This document shows positions 1 to 11,618 of a stretch of 35,376 bases of DNA, piece after piece (position 1 is the first letter of the stretch; each line of letters opens with the position of its first letter). The DNA is from Phyllosticta citribraziliensis (lineage: Eukaryota). The notes below the pieces were generated by a model that was not told the DNA's origin, did no database searches, and saw nothing but the letters and a program-made list of their open reading frames with translations. The stretch is from assembly GCF_038025025.1 (NCBI RefSeq), contig NW_027117356.1, positions 1 through 35,376 of the forward strand, read 5' to 3'. A program made the translations under genes and the position numbers.

Positions 1-3000
1 TAGGTGTATTATAAGAGATAAGTAGTAGGGAAAAGAATAGCTAGGTAGTATCTTATTATATACTATATAAGTAAGCTAATAATCTTACTATAAAGCTATT
101 AATAGTCTAGGTCGTTCTTACTATTATACGCGCGTAATTTATAGGAATCTATTAGTATAAGGACGCGCATAGTATTACTTATACTAAACTATATAAGAAC
201 GTTTTAAATATATCTACCTTAGAATAGTATAATTATACTATTTATATATTAATTAATATAAAGACTAAGGAAGTAATATAGTTAGCCTATATCTTTAAAG
301 TAGAACTTAGTATTAAGTAGTAAGATAATTTTATTAACTTTAGACTTAGTTTTAGTAGTAATATAGAGATTATTAATATAGATAAGGATAAATATAAGCT
401 TATCCTAGTATCTTATAATATAGGGTTCTAAAGGGAGAGAGTAGAAACCTAAGTAGTATAAGAAATTATAGAGGCACTAAAACTAAGTAAGTAGTAACTA
501 GTATAAGCTATATAAGGCTCTTTAGAGATGCTAAACTTATTATAGGACCTAGTATCTAGGAGGTATATAGGTATAGACTAGGTCTTTTAGTAGTATATTA
601 AGGAAGGCTATCTTAATATCCCCTTACTTATAAAATAGGTAATAATAGATGTTAATTACTAAAAATAGTATAAAAGTAGGAAATATAATAACTAGTAATA
701 ATACTTTAGATATATTAAATCCCTTATATTAAAGATTACCTAAAACTATAATATAGCTCTTATAGATAACCTTCTTATCTAGCTTATTAAGCTTATAGAC
801 CTAGACCTATTATAGTAGTAGTACCTAAGAGCTATCTAATAGATAGTTAGTCTCTTTAAAGGTACTAGTATTAGTTAACTCCTATATCTACTTATCTATA
901 AAGGGTCTCTAATAGATAGATTTTAGCCCTATAAGGGCCTTATACTATAAGTAAGGTAGAACCTTATTAGTAGGGATGGCATCTTATTAGTAATAAGTAG
1001 TATTTTTTATAGTAATAAAGGCGCGCACGTAGTAAGTAGATAGTTAAGGAGGTTAAGTATTATCTAAACTATATTTCTTATTAAAGAATTATATCTTAGT
1101 ATAAATCTACTAAGGGTATTATAATAGTACTATTAGTAGTAGAGTAGGTATAGGTAATAGAGATAGTAAGGGTAGTAGTAGGGTTAAAGTTAGGTTAGTA
1201 AGTACTAAATTATTAGATCTAGTATATTTATTAGCTAGAGAGATATTAATCTAATCTATTTTATCTACTAATAGTATAATATCTATAAACGCGTCCTCCT
1301 TACCTCTACTACTAATATTTATACTACCTATATTAGACCTCTCTACTACTTTAATTACTTATTCTACTATATTATAGATTACTTTAGTATTGCCTTTAAG
1401 AGCGTCTTAAACTATTTTTAATATAAGATATATAATAAGTATCTTATTATTACTATTCTTAACTTTTCTATCTTCTATATTATTTATAGTAGCTATTAAG
1501 TCTAGCTACTAAGGAGGTCTAAAATATATATCCTAAGTATAGATAACCTAGTTTATTTAAAGAAGATATACCTAGAAGATATACTTATAGTTATAGCTAA
1601 TAAACTATCCTTTTTCTACTCTTATATTAAATTTAGTGCTCTTAAGATACTTCTTAGCTAGGATATAAGTATATATAGTAATACTAAAGACTAGTACTAG
1701 TAACTAGATATCCTTATACCTACTAATAGTATTATTAAAAATATTAACTAGTATCTTACTATTAAGTATATAAGTAGGAAGATAGTTAAGAAGATATACT
1801 ATATATTAATAGGCTTCTATCTATAATAATTAAGGCATATTTAACGCGATACTTATAGAGCAGGCTATACTAGTAATAAGGTATATAGATAACTTACTAA
1901 TACTATTTTACTTAGATAAGTATAGTACTATCTTTTTAACCTTAATACCCTCTATCTTTACCTATACTAGTAGCTTTTAGCTACTAAACTCTATACTATT
2001 ATCTATTTAGAGGGCTTAGATCTTATATTAGAACTAGGTTTTAGTCTATTTACTAAAGTTTTAAATACTATTAAAGGCGTCGCCCTTAGTCTTTATAACT
2101 AATAAGTATTATAGATATAAGTAGTTATCTATAAATACTACCCCCTAATAGTAGCTATTATAGCTAACTATAAGTAGTCTAAATATATTAATATAGATAT
2201 ATCTAAAGGGCGCGTCTACTTAAGGTATTAGTTTATATAATACTATCTAGTAGGACTTAGCTATATAGTAGGATTTATAATAGAAGTCTTAGTTACTAGT
2301 AATAATAAGTTATCCCTAGTACTAGAGCTTATTAAGCGCGCTAGTATAGACATGCCCTAATTACTAGTACTATATCTTATATATTACTATAGGAGGAGTT
2401 ACTATAGTAAATACTTATACTATATAATTATTATTAATAACTATTAGAATATTTACCCCTAAACTATTAGGGCAAGCTATAATAGCCGTTCTATAGTTTT
2501 ATATTTATAATATAGAGATAAGCTAATCTAGGTATAGTCCCTTCTACTTAAGTTTTAAAGCTAAGATAAGACTAACTATTAGTACTAGAATATATAGAAC
2601 ACCCTCTATTATAAGAGTATTAACTATACTATTTATAGGATAGTAGAGTATAGTATTACTATAGCTAATAGCTATTACTATACCTAAACTATATACCTAG
2701 ACTAGCTATATAAACTATAAGTAGTTTATTAGCTTAGTTAAATTTAGTATATAGTAGGTATTAGCCCTAGTATTAATAATCTATTCATCCTTTATTAAAG
2801 CTAGATATAGGTATAGGGTAGTAAAGTAGTTTATACCTTATACTAAAGGGTTAGTTATTAATATTATTATTACTATTACTACTATTAGTAGTTTAGAGAC
2901 TTAATTATCTAGTATATAGAATACCCCTAATACTAGCTTCTAATAGGTAGGATGGTATTTAAGGTAAAGATAGCTATACTTAGCCTTAATATACCCCTTC

Positions 3001-3982
3001 TTTCTATAGTAATTATAGGTAGCACAGTTAGACTTAGACTACTTAGTAGACTACTAACTAGTATAAATAGTAAGAGCTATAGTACTATTCTTACTAGTAT
3101 ATTTAATCTTATTAGTTATAGTATAGAAGAGATCCTTAAACTTAGGTATCTCCTTCTTATTATACTAATTTATATACTAAGTTATATACTAGATAGGAAT
3201 ATTATCCTATAAGTTTTTTAAGAGTAGAATATAAAGAATCTAGTCCTTAACTTACTATTAGATATAGCTAATATAGGCTTACCTTTATTTATATAGGGTA
3301 TTATAGAATTCCTTTACTATTATAAAATTACTATATTAATAGAAGATAAAGTCCTTAATAATATTAGCCTTAGAGAGGATACTCTTAGTATTATATATAT
3401 TATAAAGCTTCTACTATATAGAGTAAGCTAAACTAGTATGCCCCTATAGTGCTATTATAATAGGAAGTATAATAATTATTATAAACTAGTAGATAATATA
3501 TATATCCTTCTTATAATTAGTAGTATTTTTTAGCTTATCCTTAAGTAGATAGGTATAATAGAATAGACTAAGCCTTATCTTAACTATTATCTTAAAGGTT
3601 ACCTAGTTAGTAGGGCCTTTAAGTAGCTAGATGTTCTTTAAAGAGATACTAAACTTGCTATTATTTATAATTAGGTCTACCTCTTCTTTAGCCTTAGCCT
3701 GCTTAGCTAGTATAGAAGATGAGGCGGTAGTAAAGCCTAAACTACTAGATAATAAGGGAGAAAGGGAAGGTAAAGTTATAGTAAAGGTAATAACTATTAG
3801 TATATTACTTAGAGTTATAGAGATAGATAATACTAATAAATTTACTAAAGAGTAGGAATTATATAAGATAATAAGGGATAAAATAATAAAATAATAAAAT
3901 AACTATTAGTAATAATTATATAGATGGTATTATAGTATAATACTAAAATAAGCTAGATAAGTAATTTATATATATAATATAA

Positions 3983-3994
3983 GGGCTTATAACC
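3983..3994 (-). promoter_or_regulatory. Primer-binding site for the anticodon-arm half of initiator tRNA-Met
   Basis: Minus strand reads ...TATCA|GGTTATAAGCCC. This is one RIP G>A change from GGTTATGAGCCC, which is complementary to the tRNA-iMet anticodon arm (copia/Ty5-style priming). Confidence 0.8.
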
Positions 3995-4261
3995 TGATAA
4001 AGTAAGATGAGAGAACTAAAGACTCTATTTAAGGCTACTCTAAGAGCTATCTATATACTGCTAAAACTGCTAGGGGGAGTAGTAGCTGGTGTTAACTACT
4101 AATAAGTCCTGAACTTATTGAGATATGTAAAGCTAATAGATAAGTGTATCTTGACTAAAGTAGTGAGTTATTATCTGGATAAGCTGTAGTTATCTAGGTG
4201 AACTGCAGCTAAGACGACGCGACGGGAGACTGCTTGGTGTTGTTATACAGGACCACCAACA
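3995..4261 (-). repeat. Putative 5' LTR of the copia element (~267 bp, TGTTG...TATCA on minus strand)
   Basis: The inner boundary is fixed by CA directly abutting the PBS at 3994. The outer boundary is inferred from CAACA at 4257-4261 and the end of the AT-rich composition. The second LTR is outside the window, so the outer end cannot be confirmed. Confidence 0.6.
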
Positions 4262-5042
4262 AGGGCCAAGGCTATTCGATTGGCCTGTTTCATATTCCAA
4301 GAGAACATAATCGGCTCGCCGACCGATTGGCAAAACGAGCTGCCAGGAATGATCAAGGCGAATGAGTTGACGTTGTTGGTTCATGTGACTGCAGATAGCA
4401 GGAAGGCAGGTGGTAGGGAAGCTTCCGAACGGCTTTTGATTGTTCTGCCAGTCTCTTCTGCAGTCACTTGAGAGAGCAACACCCATTGTCCGGACAGATT
4501 TTGCTCTAACTTTTATCAGTCGACTCATTGGGTTTTAGTCCACTCGAGATCTGGCAAATTTCAAAGAGCGAAACCCAACACTGGACAGAGTAGAAGAGAG
4601 CGCGGTATCAAATGAAAGCAATTTGAAGTTCTGATTTTTTCGTGCTGCAGGACCTTGGAAGTGCTTCTTTATGAAGATTCGGTGTAATGGGCCGCAGATC
4701 GCTCCGGAGCCACCAGACTGGTGCCGCTGAGCTGCTCGAACTCTCCAGATCTTCCACTTCCAACGACGTGTTTCCCGCGGAATCTGTTGTCAGACAACCA
4801 CGGCTGGCAGCCGAATCTGACATGGACGCGGACGCGGAGGCATGTCCTTGGCAAGAGTCACCCAAAACCCAATCTTGCCGTCTGCTCGATCTACTGCATC
4901 ACTCCCCGCTTCTCCCCAACGCTTAATCACTGCGTCTCCCATCTTCTTCGTCCGCAGACACATTTCGACGCGCCCACGCTCAATGCGGCTGGAGGACGAC
5001 AACAATCCAAGCATCAAAACCCTGGTGACCAACCCACAGGCC

Positions 5043-5506
5043 ATGGCTTCAACGACCAACGCGAACGGGCCCTTCCGGGCGAGCTGCAAAACAAAATCTT
5101 CCAGTACTTAGACGGACGTTCTCGTCTGTTCCTTGGAGCCACGAATCACTACTTCCGCCGCGTAGCTGACCTGACGAGGGACGAGAAGATCACCTTACTC
5201 TTCTCCGGCGAGCGCCCCAATGCAGTCTATGGCTGCACCATGTGCTTTCGACTGAAGCCATACGAGGACTTCGGGATCGCTCAAGTTACCAAAAAGCGTG
5301 GCCAGGGCCAGGTGGAAATGAGAAAAAGTTTTTGTCTCGAATGCGGGCGCTCAGAACGAATATATAAGCCTGGGACCGTGGTGAAAACATTTCTCGATGA
5401 ATAATGTATTGGTAAGCCGAAATCTGCTTTTGTTTGTGGCACTCCTACCAAGGTGCTGACCTGAATAGACGACATTTTCTTCGTCATTGGACACGGGCGG
5501 CTGTAG
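5043..5506 (+). pseudogene. F-box/zinc-finger paralog 1, frameshifted and with a premature stop
   Basis: ATG 5043 reads MASTTNANGPF (paralogs: NKNGLF, KNGHF) but is out of frame with LPGELQNKIFQYLD..FLGATNHYFRR..CTMC..CLEC, consistent with a ~10-nt deletion near 5072. The long ORF starting at 4721 has no ATG before the F-box. TAA at 5402-5404 precedes an intron at 5412-5468 (GTAAGC..GCTGAC..TAG) that lies in the same position as the intron of paralog 7. Confidence 0.75.
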
Positions 5507-5532
5507 TACTTACCAGGTATACGCCCAGTTTT

Positions 5533-5790
5533 TGATACTCGAACATCTTCATTCGATTCTATCAACGTCAACCTTCTTGGACCTGGTATCAGAGCATGAA
5601 GCTGCATCCCGATACGGCGATGTCCGCTCACTTAGGTTTCTACCCCTGCAGCTTCCGCTCCTCAAGCTTTGAGTTACTCTGACCAGTGCGTGAAGCTGAA
5701 TGCGTCAATGCCCAAACGCCCGATGGCGATGAATACCCGCGCAGCTTAAGATCTCCACTCCTCCCGCTGTCGTTCACGTTTCAAGCGTCC
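5533..5790 (+). promoter_or_regulatory. Conserved upstream block of F-box paralog 2
   Basis: CGTCAACCTTCTTGG at 5566-5580 is identical to the reverse complement of 14220-14234. Bases ~5708-5770 (TGCCCAAACGCCCGATGGCGATG..GCTTAAGATCTCCACT) align with the reverse complement of ~14135-14195. Confidence 0.55.
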
Positions 5791-5877
5791 CTCAGTTTAT
5801 TACTTCTAGCTCTCCATTTCCACCTCTCAGTGCGAAAAACAGCCGCATCACTACCAAGTGGCAAACAACTACTCATC

Positions 5878-6327
5878 ATGTCTGTGGCCGTCAACAAGAA
5901 CGGTCTCTTCGCGAAACTGCCCGGGGAGCTTCAGAACCGCATATTTTCCTATCTGGACTATCCATCTGCCATCTTCCTCGCAAGGACAAATCAATACTTC
6001 CGACGCGTCGTCAGACTTTCGACGACCCCAACAAACGCGGAGAGACTTGCAATTGTCCAGATCCTCGAGCTGAGTTTCGGAAGCTTTCTCTTTAGGTTGT
6101 TCGCTTGCACCACGTGTTTTCGACTGAAACCTCGCGAGGAATTCGGCGTGGCGCAAATAAAGAAGCACGGAAAAGGCACTCCAGAGAATCCGCGATCTTG
6201 CCATCGATTTTGCCTCGATTGTGGCATCGACGAGGGATATTACGGCGCTGACGGCGCCTCCAGGGAAGTGAAGGTTTTTGAAGAGTACAACAATCCGCGT
6301 AGGTTACAGTATCACTTCTGCTTGTAA
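5878..6327 (+). CDS. F-box/zinc-finger protein, paralog 2 (149 aa as read; C-terminus uncertain)
   Basis: MSVAVNKNGLFAKLPGELQNRIFSYLDYPSAIFLARTNQYFRR is an F-box, followed by CTTCFRLKPREEFGVAQ..CHRFCLDCG. The stop overlaps GTAAGC, and a shifted frame continues CKP.. to 6511 (paralog 6 has CRCKP), so a frameshift or short intron is possible. Confidence 0.8.
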   Translation: MSVAVNKNGLFAKLPGELQNRIFSYLDYPSAIFLARTNQYFRRVVRLSTTPTNAERLAIVQILELSFGSFLFRLFACTTCFRLKPREEFGVAQIKKHGKGTPENPRSCHRFCLDCGIDEGYYGADGASREVKVFEEYNNPRRLQYHFCL

Positions 6328-7982
6328 GCCCCACCTGCTAATGAGCACGTCTAGAGAAACAACATTTAGTCGAGTATGTGAGAGGGGAGCGGTACCTGTT
6401 GGCCCGTCAAAGCGCACCAAAGCCAATTTGATCGTACCACCAACGGTATCATCGTGTGAAACCGTCGAGGTTTTTCCAATTGGGATCACGCCATTACGTC
6501 CGAAGGACTAATGATGCGAATGTCATTCTGCCAACCTCCCTCGAGAAGCTTGGTCAGCGGGTATTTGGATCAATTTTTCCTCAGCTTACCGTAGAAGGAC
6601 TGTGCGAGAATTCAGGATGATGCTAGTTGAGCCGAACAGGTCAACTCAATCTCCCACATAGTTTCTTGACTGATAACGAATCTGCCAACCTCAACCTGCG
6701 CGGAACGAGCAGAACTCACGACTGTCGCCATAAAAACATATGCCCATGCGCGGGTGGAGTTCTACATTCCGTGCAGAATTCTCTACTACCGCAATTTCGT
6801 CAAAAAGCACCACCAAAAACGAGAAAGACAACCCACGACCCAGCACTCCAAAATCCACCAGCCCAAACAGCAGCAACGCCTTTCCCTCGACGCGCTTGAT
6901 TCGCCATGCATGCTCATCCCACCGGGCCCTCTGCTTCTCCACTTCCCCCACATAAAACGCGATCGATCGCTGATCACCGGGTAAACACTCCGCCGCCCCC
7001 TGCCAGCCAGACTGCCAGACTGCCTGGCGCATAAACATGCAGGCAAGCCGTGACGAAACGCGCAAACCGGGTGATCGACGCCCTGGATGTCTGCGTGCCG
7101 TTTCCCTGCACAGGAACTGTGGTACCGAGCGGCCGTGAAGAAGGGGCGCAGAAACGTGGATCCCGGGTTTGAATTTATGGTGGTTGGGTTGCTTTGCCTG
7201 TCTTGATCGACTGTGCGTACGCACGCATGAAGAGCTGGGTCTTAATTGACGAGATATTCGTGACCAGGCGGTTTGAGACGAGTTGGATGGTTCAGCGTTG
7301 CTGTTGGTCGGTACCCGCATTCTCCTCCACCACCTCCACCTCCTCTTCCTCAACTGCAACTCACAACCCACCATCTTGCCCTTCCATTCCTTTCTCACCT
7401 GCACAGCGCCCTTGTACACAATCCCCGTCCCATCCCGCCCCGTTCTCTGCATCCCCCGCACGCCGCACCCCACATTGCGCACTCCGTACGGGTAAACACT
7501 CATCAGGCACGCCCCAGATCGCCCGCACATGCCGGAACAGGCAGCGTAAGCGAGGCGCAGGACCCAACGGGCGCGCGCCCTAGACAGGGAACGTGTAAAT
7601 TGTGGCGCTGAGGTTGTTTGGACGACATGTCGTTGATGAAGTGGATGAGATGGGTTGAAGGGGGTGGATTTGGGTTGTTTTTGAAGAGAGGATGTGGGGG
7701 AATTATGGATTATCGTTGTTGGGGTGGGGGTATCTAGATGTCTGTCTACTTCTACTTTATGCTGCGTGGTGGCGCGTGTTTTGCGCCGCCGTTTTGCGGC
7801 CGCCTCTGCTCTGCTTGCTTCCCTTCTCTTCAATTGCGTCTGCCATGCACAGACAAGTCAGAATGTGTGCCATGCGATGCGATGCAAAGCCCATCCAAGA
7901 AAATGCTTATCCACGTCATTCAACCAGCAAGCCGAAAGATTCCAAACGCCAAAGAAACATCATCACGAATCGTGCCCTCTCT

Positions 7983-9799
7983 TCATCCCTCACAGGGATA
8001 CTGGCTCTTACTCCGCAGATGCGAGCCCCAGCGCATAAAGCACCACGGGATAACCGCCATAGCGACCGTGACGAAGCCCAGCAAACTCGTCGCCCAGCCC
8101 GTCCCCAAGTTCTCATACATCTGCAGGATGAAAAGCGGGAACACGGCGCCGAGGATGTATCGTAGTAGAGAGCAAGCCGCCATGGCGCTGGCACCGTACT
8201 GAGGGCCGTACGTGTTCATCAGATATGCGGTGCACGCCATGAAGATGAGCAGGTTGGCCGTGCCGAACAGCGCCTCGCCGATGATGGGCACGATCCAATG
8301 CACGCGGTACTGTGCCGTCCAGCCGAAGAGGAAGAGCGCGATGGGCAGCATCACGGTTCCGGGGTAGGCGATGTAGAGCGTGAATTCGGGCGGCGGGTTA
8401 TAGCCTGTCCGGAGTGGTTGTGCGTGCGCGGACTCGACAACACCGGATTCGAGGGCGCGTGGGTCGGCGGGCGCGTCGACTTGCGTTGATGAGGTGCGGT
8501 TGCTGGCGTTTTGCAGTGCGGCCTGCTGCTCTTGCTGGGCGCGCCAGCGGGCGACGCGCGGCTTGTCGAAGAGGATGCTATTCGCGGTGATGGTTGTGAA
8601 GCCAATGAGGCAGCCGGCGGCGAGACCGAGGAACGTGAGACCTTGGGAACCAAGAGAGAAGCCGTAGAATGTTTCGAAGACGTAGGCCGACGACTCGAAG
8701 AAGGCGTATTGAACGCCGAAGATGAAGGCGACGTAGAGACTGAAAAGGCCGATGATGGGCTCGGTAAAGAGCATGTGGACGGGACGACCAAGGGTGTTCA
8801 TAAGCACGACTTGGATTCCTTGCGCTGCTTTCGAGGCGCGCGAAGCCGCGGTTTCGGTGCGTTGTAGTTCTGCACCGCGGCCCTGTTGTTTCTTTGCACG
8901 AGTCTTTAGAATCTGCTTCTTGTACGTCTCGCTCATGAAGAACGCGGGCGTCAAGAAGGCAACGACGAAGAAAAGAATGACCCATTGCGTCCACCGCCAG
9001 TCTTTTCCTTCGACAACAAAACCTCCGAGCAGAGGCCTGTCTTGGTCAGCAGAAGCGCAAGACAAATATGGATGATGCTTACCCAAAAGCAGGTCCCAGG
9101 AATGGCCCGCATACAATCAACGCTGTTGGCACTGCACGTTCATGGGGTGCCCAAACATCGGATATGCTGCCGTTTCCTACACTGAGTGCAGGGCTACCAA
9201 AGCAGCCAGCAAAGAAACGACAGACAATCAAAGCAGTCATGCTTTGTGAGAATCCGGCACCCAGCGTGAAGAGTGCAAAAATAGGGGTACATGCAAAATA
9301 CACTGCGCGCCGACCAAAGTTTTCGCTGCACGGTGAAGCAATAAGAGGTCCAAATGCGAGTCCGAGGGTATAAAAGGAGAAAGGTAGGATGGCCACGGTC
9401 GAAGAGACGCCAAACTCGTTCATGACTTGGGTGCGACCAGGCGTGTATATGGAGGAGGACAGGGTGCTGCTTCGTGTCAGTCGGCTCCCTCCATCGACTG
9501 TGCATCGACGTACGTGATAAAAGCAATGCTTGCTACTTCTTGTCAGCACAGGTCGATTAGGATAGATGAGAATGTAGAGTCCTACTTGGGATGAACGTAT
9601 GGAGACATCTTTTGGCAAATGTCCAGTTGTGCGGGTTGGCAGGGTCGTCGGCCCAGTCAATCTTTTCGAGCACCATATTGTCCTCGATGTTGTCGTCTTC
9701 ATGGGGTCCAAGGTCCCCGGGGTCCGGAAGACTTGCCTGGGGAGCTGAGCCATTATCAGGAGTGGGCTCGCGAAGACTGGTACGCTTTTCGTCATCCAT
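7983..9799 (-). CDS. MFS drug:H+ antiporter (DHA1 family, TPO1/FLR1-like)
   Basis: Motifs DW.DDP.NP.NW, GLAFGPLIASPCSENFGRR, CRFFAGCFGS, GPFLGP..GP, WRWTQW, RPVHMLFTEPI, PPEF.L and YGASAMA..LRY are present. Introns lie at ~9533-9585, 9467-9513 and 9037-9082, with a 19-nt microexon at 9514-9532; splicing keeps the frame. Confidence 0.93.
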
Positions 9800-10932
9800 A
9801 GCCTGGAACCGCGCTAGGAAATAAAAAGTTGCAACGCTGGAAACCACCAAGGATCATCAGGGTCGCGCCGTCATTAAGTATACCAGTTTCTTCAGCGGTC
9901 AGCCAGGCCCAGGTTGCCACTTTTGCAAAGGCGCAGCTTGAGCAGCGCGGCCCAAGGTCCACTCTCCAGGCATGCGAGCAACAGACGGGGCAACTTGTAT
10001 CGCACGGGACGCTGCATTTTGGACGTAGGGCTCCCGGGTTCAGGGATTTCATGCCAGTTCGGACCAGCGATGGTGTTTTCAAGCGTCGGGAGCCAATCAA
10101 TTTTTTCCTTCTGTTTGCAGCTCGTTTCGCGTATCTACATGTTGTGCTGGACTTGGCCGTAGCTCGACCCACCGTCACGCCAGTCGGGCTTCGGGAACGA
10201 AACACGGGAAGTAGAGGTGATTGACCAAAGCACGCAAGTCCGGAGGCCCGCCGCCGCGAAGTTGGAGGAAATTTCGGTCGCAGGTCAAAGGCTGTCAACT
10301 TGACATCACTGCCAGACTGGCTTGCAGTCCCTCCCTCGTCGTCGTTTCGATGATTGCTCCGTGGAAATGGGCTCGCGGAATAGCACCGTCAACGTCTCTC
10401 GCGTCTCTTATCGTCCAGGGTGCTGACGTGCTGCAGCATTTCCGCGCCGCAGTGGATGTCGGTGTTCGAGCGGCTGCAAGGAGAGACAGAAAGCCGATGT
10501 CGCAGGCGACGGGGGTTTGTTGACTTGGTCATGTTGGAGATGTTGCAGTTTTGGACTCGTCGGGAGCGCAAACAGGCAGTTGATGATTGCCGCAGGGATC
10601 GGCAGAGCCTGGCCGGCCCGATGCCGCCCGGCTGCCGGGGACGGCAGTCAACACCACAACACCATCATGACGACTGCACTGTGTACATGTACAACCGTCA
10701 GATTGATTTTCGCTCGGCTGATTCTGGTAGTAAACATCACTGGCTGAAACCTCTTCATCCCAGATATCATGGTCCAAGACAAACACCGCTGACGTCACCA
10801 ATCCAAAAGCGGCAAACGAGCGAAAAACAATGAATTTTCGAGAGCGGTCGCAAGCACTTTGCTTCGCTCGACCTCTACAATCTTCCTACTTGATATTCCC
10901 TCTCTTTTCCTTCTTCTGTCTATCTCAGCCTT

Positions 10933-11188
10933 TCAATCTGATTCCAGAACGTTCTCCGCGTTCCCTGAGAAATCCACCTCTTGAGCCGCGGCATCCCAAG
11001 GCAACCTAACCTGCGAAAGAGATTCGCTAGACAATGAAATCTTCCCCAAAGAGAAAAGAGTGATGAAACCCATGGTTAAGACACTCCCGTCGCCGGCGCG
11101 CCGGCATTAAGGCCGCTTGACACTCGCGGCAGAGCTCTCCAGGCAGTGCGTCAATCTGGCCGTTCTTCTCTTCTGCTGCTCCTCTCAT
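10933..11188 (-). pseudogene. Degenerate, internally deleted F-box paralog 3
   Basis: ATG 11188 reads MRGAAEEKNGQIDALPGELCREC.. (53 aa, stop ~11027). A neighbouring frame ends ..LPWDAAAQEVDFSGNAENVLESD* at 10933, resembling the tails of paralog 6 (LTWDDHEDQERF..YDSD) and paralog 5 (GESD*). Confidence 0.6.
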
Positions 11189-11189
11189 A

Positions 11190-11335
11190 AACAAACTTGC
11201 AGGTTCTGCAGTCGCGGTTCATCACACCGCGGGAAGTGGCTGGCAAGAGATCCAGGTACTTGGACTTTTCGTTTTGAAGTTCGCCGGGATAGCATAGATC
11301 CGTTCGTTCTTCTCATTCGCTGTTTTCGAAGGCAT
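11190..11335 (-). pseudogene. Degenerate frameshifted F-box paralog 4
   Basis: ATG 11335 reads MPSKTANEKN, followed by a GAAC duplication and a frameshift. The shifted frame PGELQNEKSKYLDLLPATSRGVMNRDCR aligns without gaps to PGELQNRIFSYLDYPSAIFLARTNQYFR. Confidence 0.7.
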
Positions 11336-11618
11336 GGCTGATGGAGAGCATGGAAAATAGCGATGTCGTCGTTGGAAGCGTGTTGGGAAATGGAAGTGTT
11401 GCTGAGGGAGGAGGGGGAGATGTTTCTCGGAATGACAGGCTCCCGTTGAGTGATTGTGACAAAGGCAAACCACCACATTATCGAGCGATTGTTGTAGCAG
11501 TAGGGTCTACTCAACGTCTTGGTCGTAGCTTGGAGTGACTTTCGAATTCTCCGTCGTCTGCGTTGAATAAATACGTCGATTGCGAGTGCGGTATTTGCTC
11601 ATCGAGGCGGTGGTCATT

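Larger units (their letters stand above)
1..4261 (-). mobile_element. RIP-inactivated Ty1/copia LTR retrotransposon; 3' part (RNase H, 3' LTR) lies outside the window
   Basis: Very AT-rich with TpA excess and CpA/TpG depletion. Minus-strand translation gives RIP-degraded copia motifs in copia order (integrase before RT). ~2350-2370 *Y**LGHV corresponds to WHQRLGH (GAG-pre-integrase). ~2210-1980 IYINIFRL..FIDNY..AL*IDNSIEF corresponds to IHVD..GP..FTDDY..LRIDNG.EF. ~1895-1935 IVLYLSK*NSISK corresponds to TAPYSPEQNGVSE. ~600-830 *V*VYK..YKSYIIVLGNL*..DIKIAFLN corresponds to RVT_2 WV..K..YK.R.V..G..Q..DVKTAFLN. ~370-385 YINNL corresponds to YVDDL. Confidence 0.93.

Noticed and set aside
2952..3855. 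Two I/L/S-rich plus-strand ORFs
   Set aside because: Chance frames antisense to the RIPped copia gag region.
4509..4518. ACTTTTATCA as the alternative outer LTR end (near-inverted match to TGATAAAGT at 3995)
   Set aside because: Bases 4262-4518 show no RIP signature; CAACA at 4261 fits better, though the alternative is not formally excluded.
4721..5042. N-terminal extension of the 227-aa ORF
   Set aside because: GTG start with no in-frame ATG; paralog comparison places the real start at 5043 in another frame.
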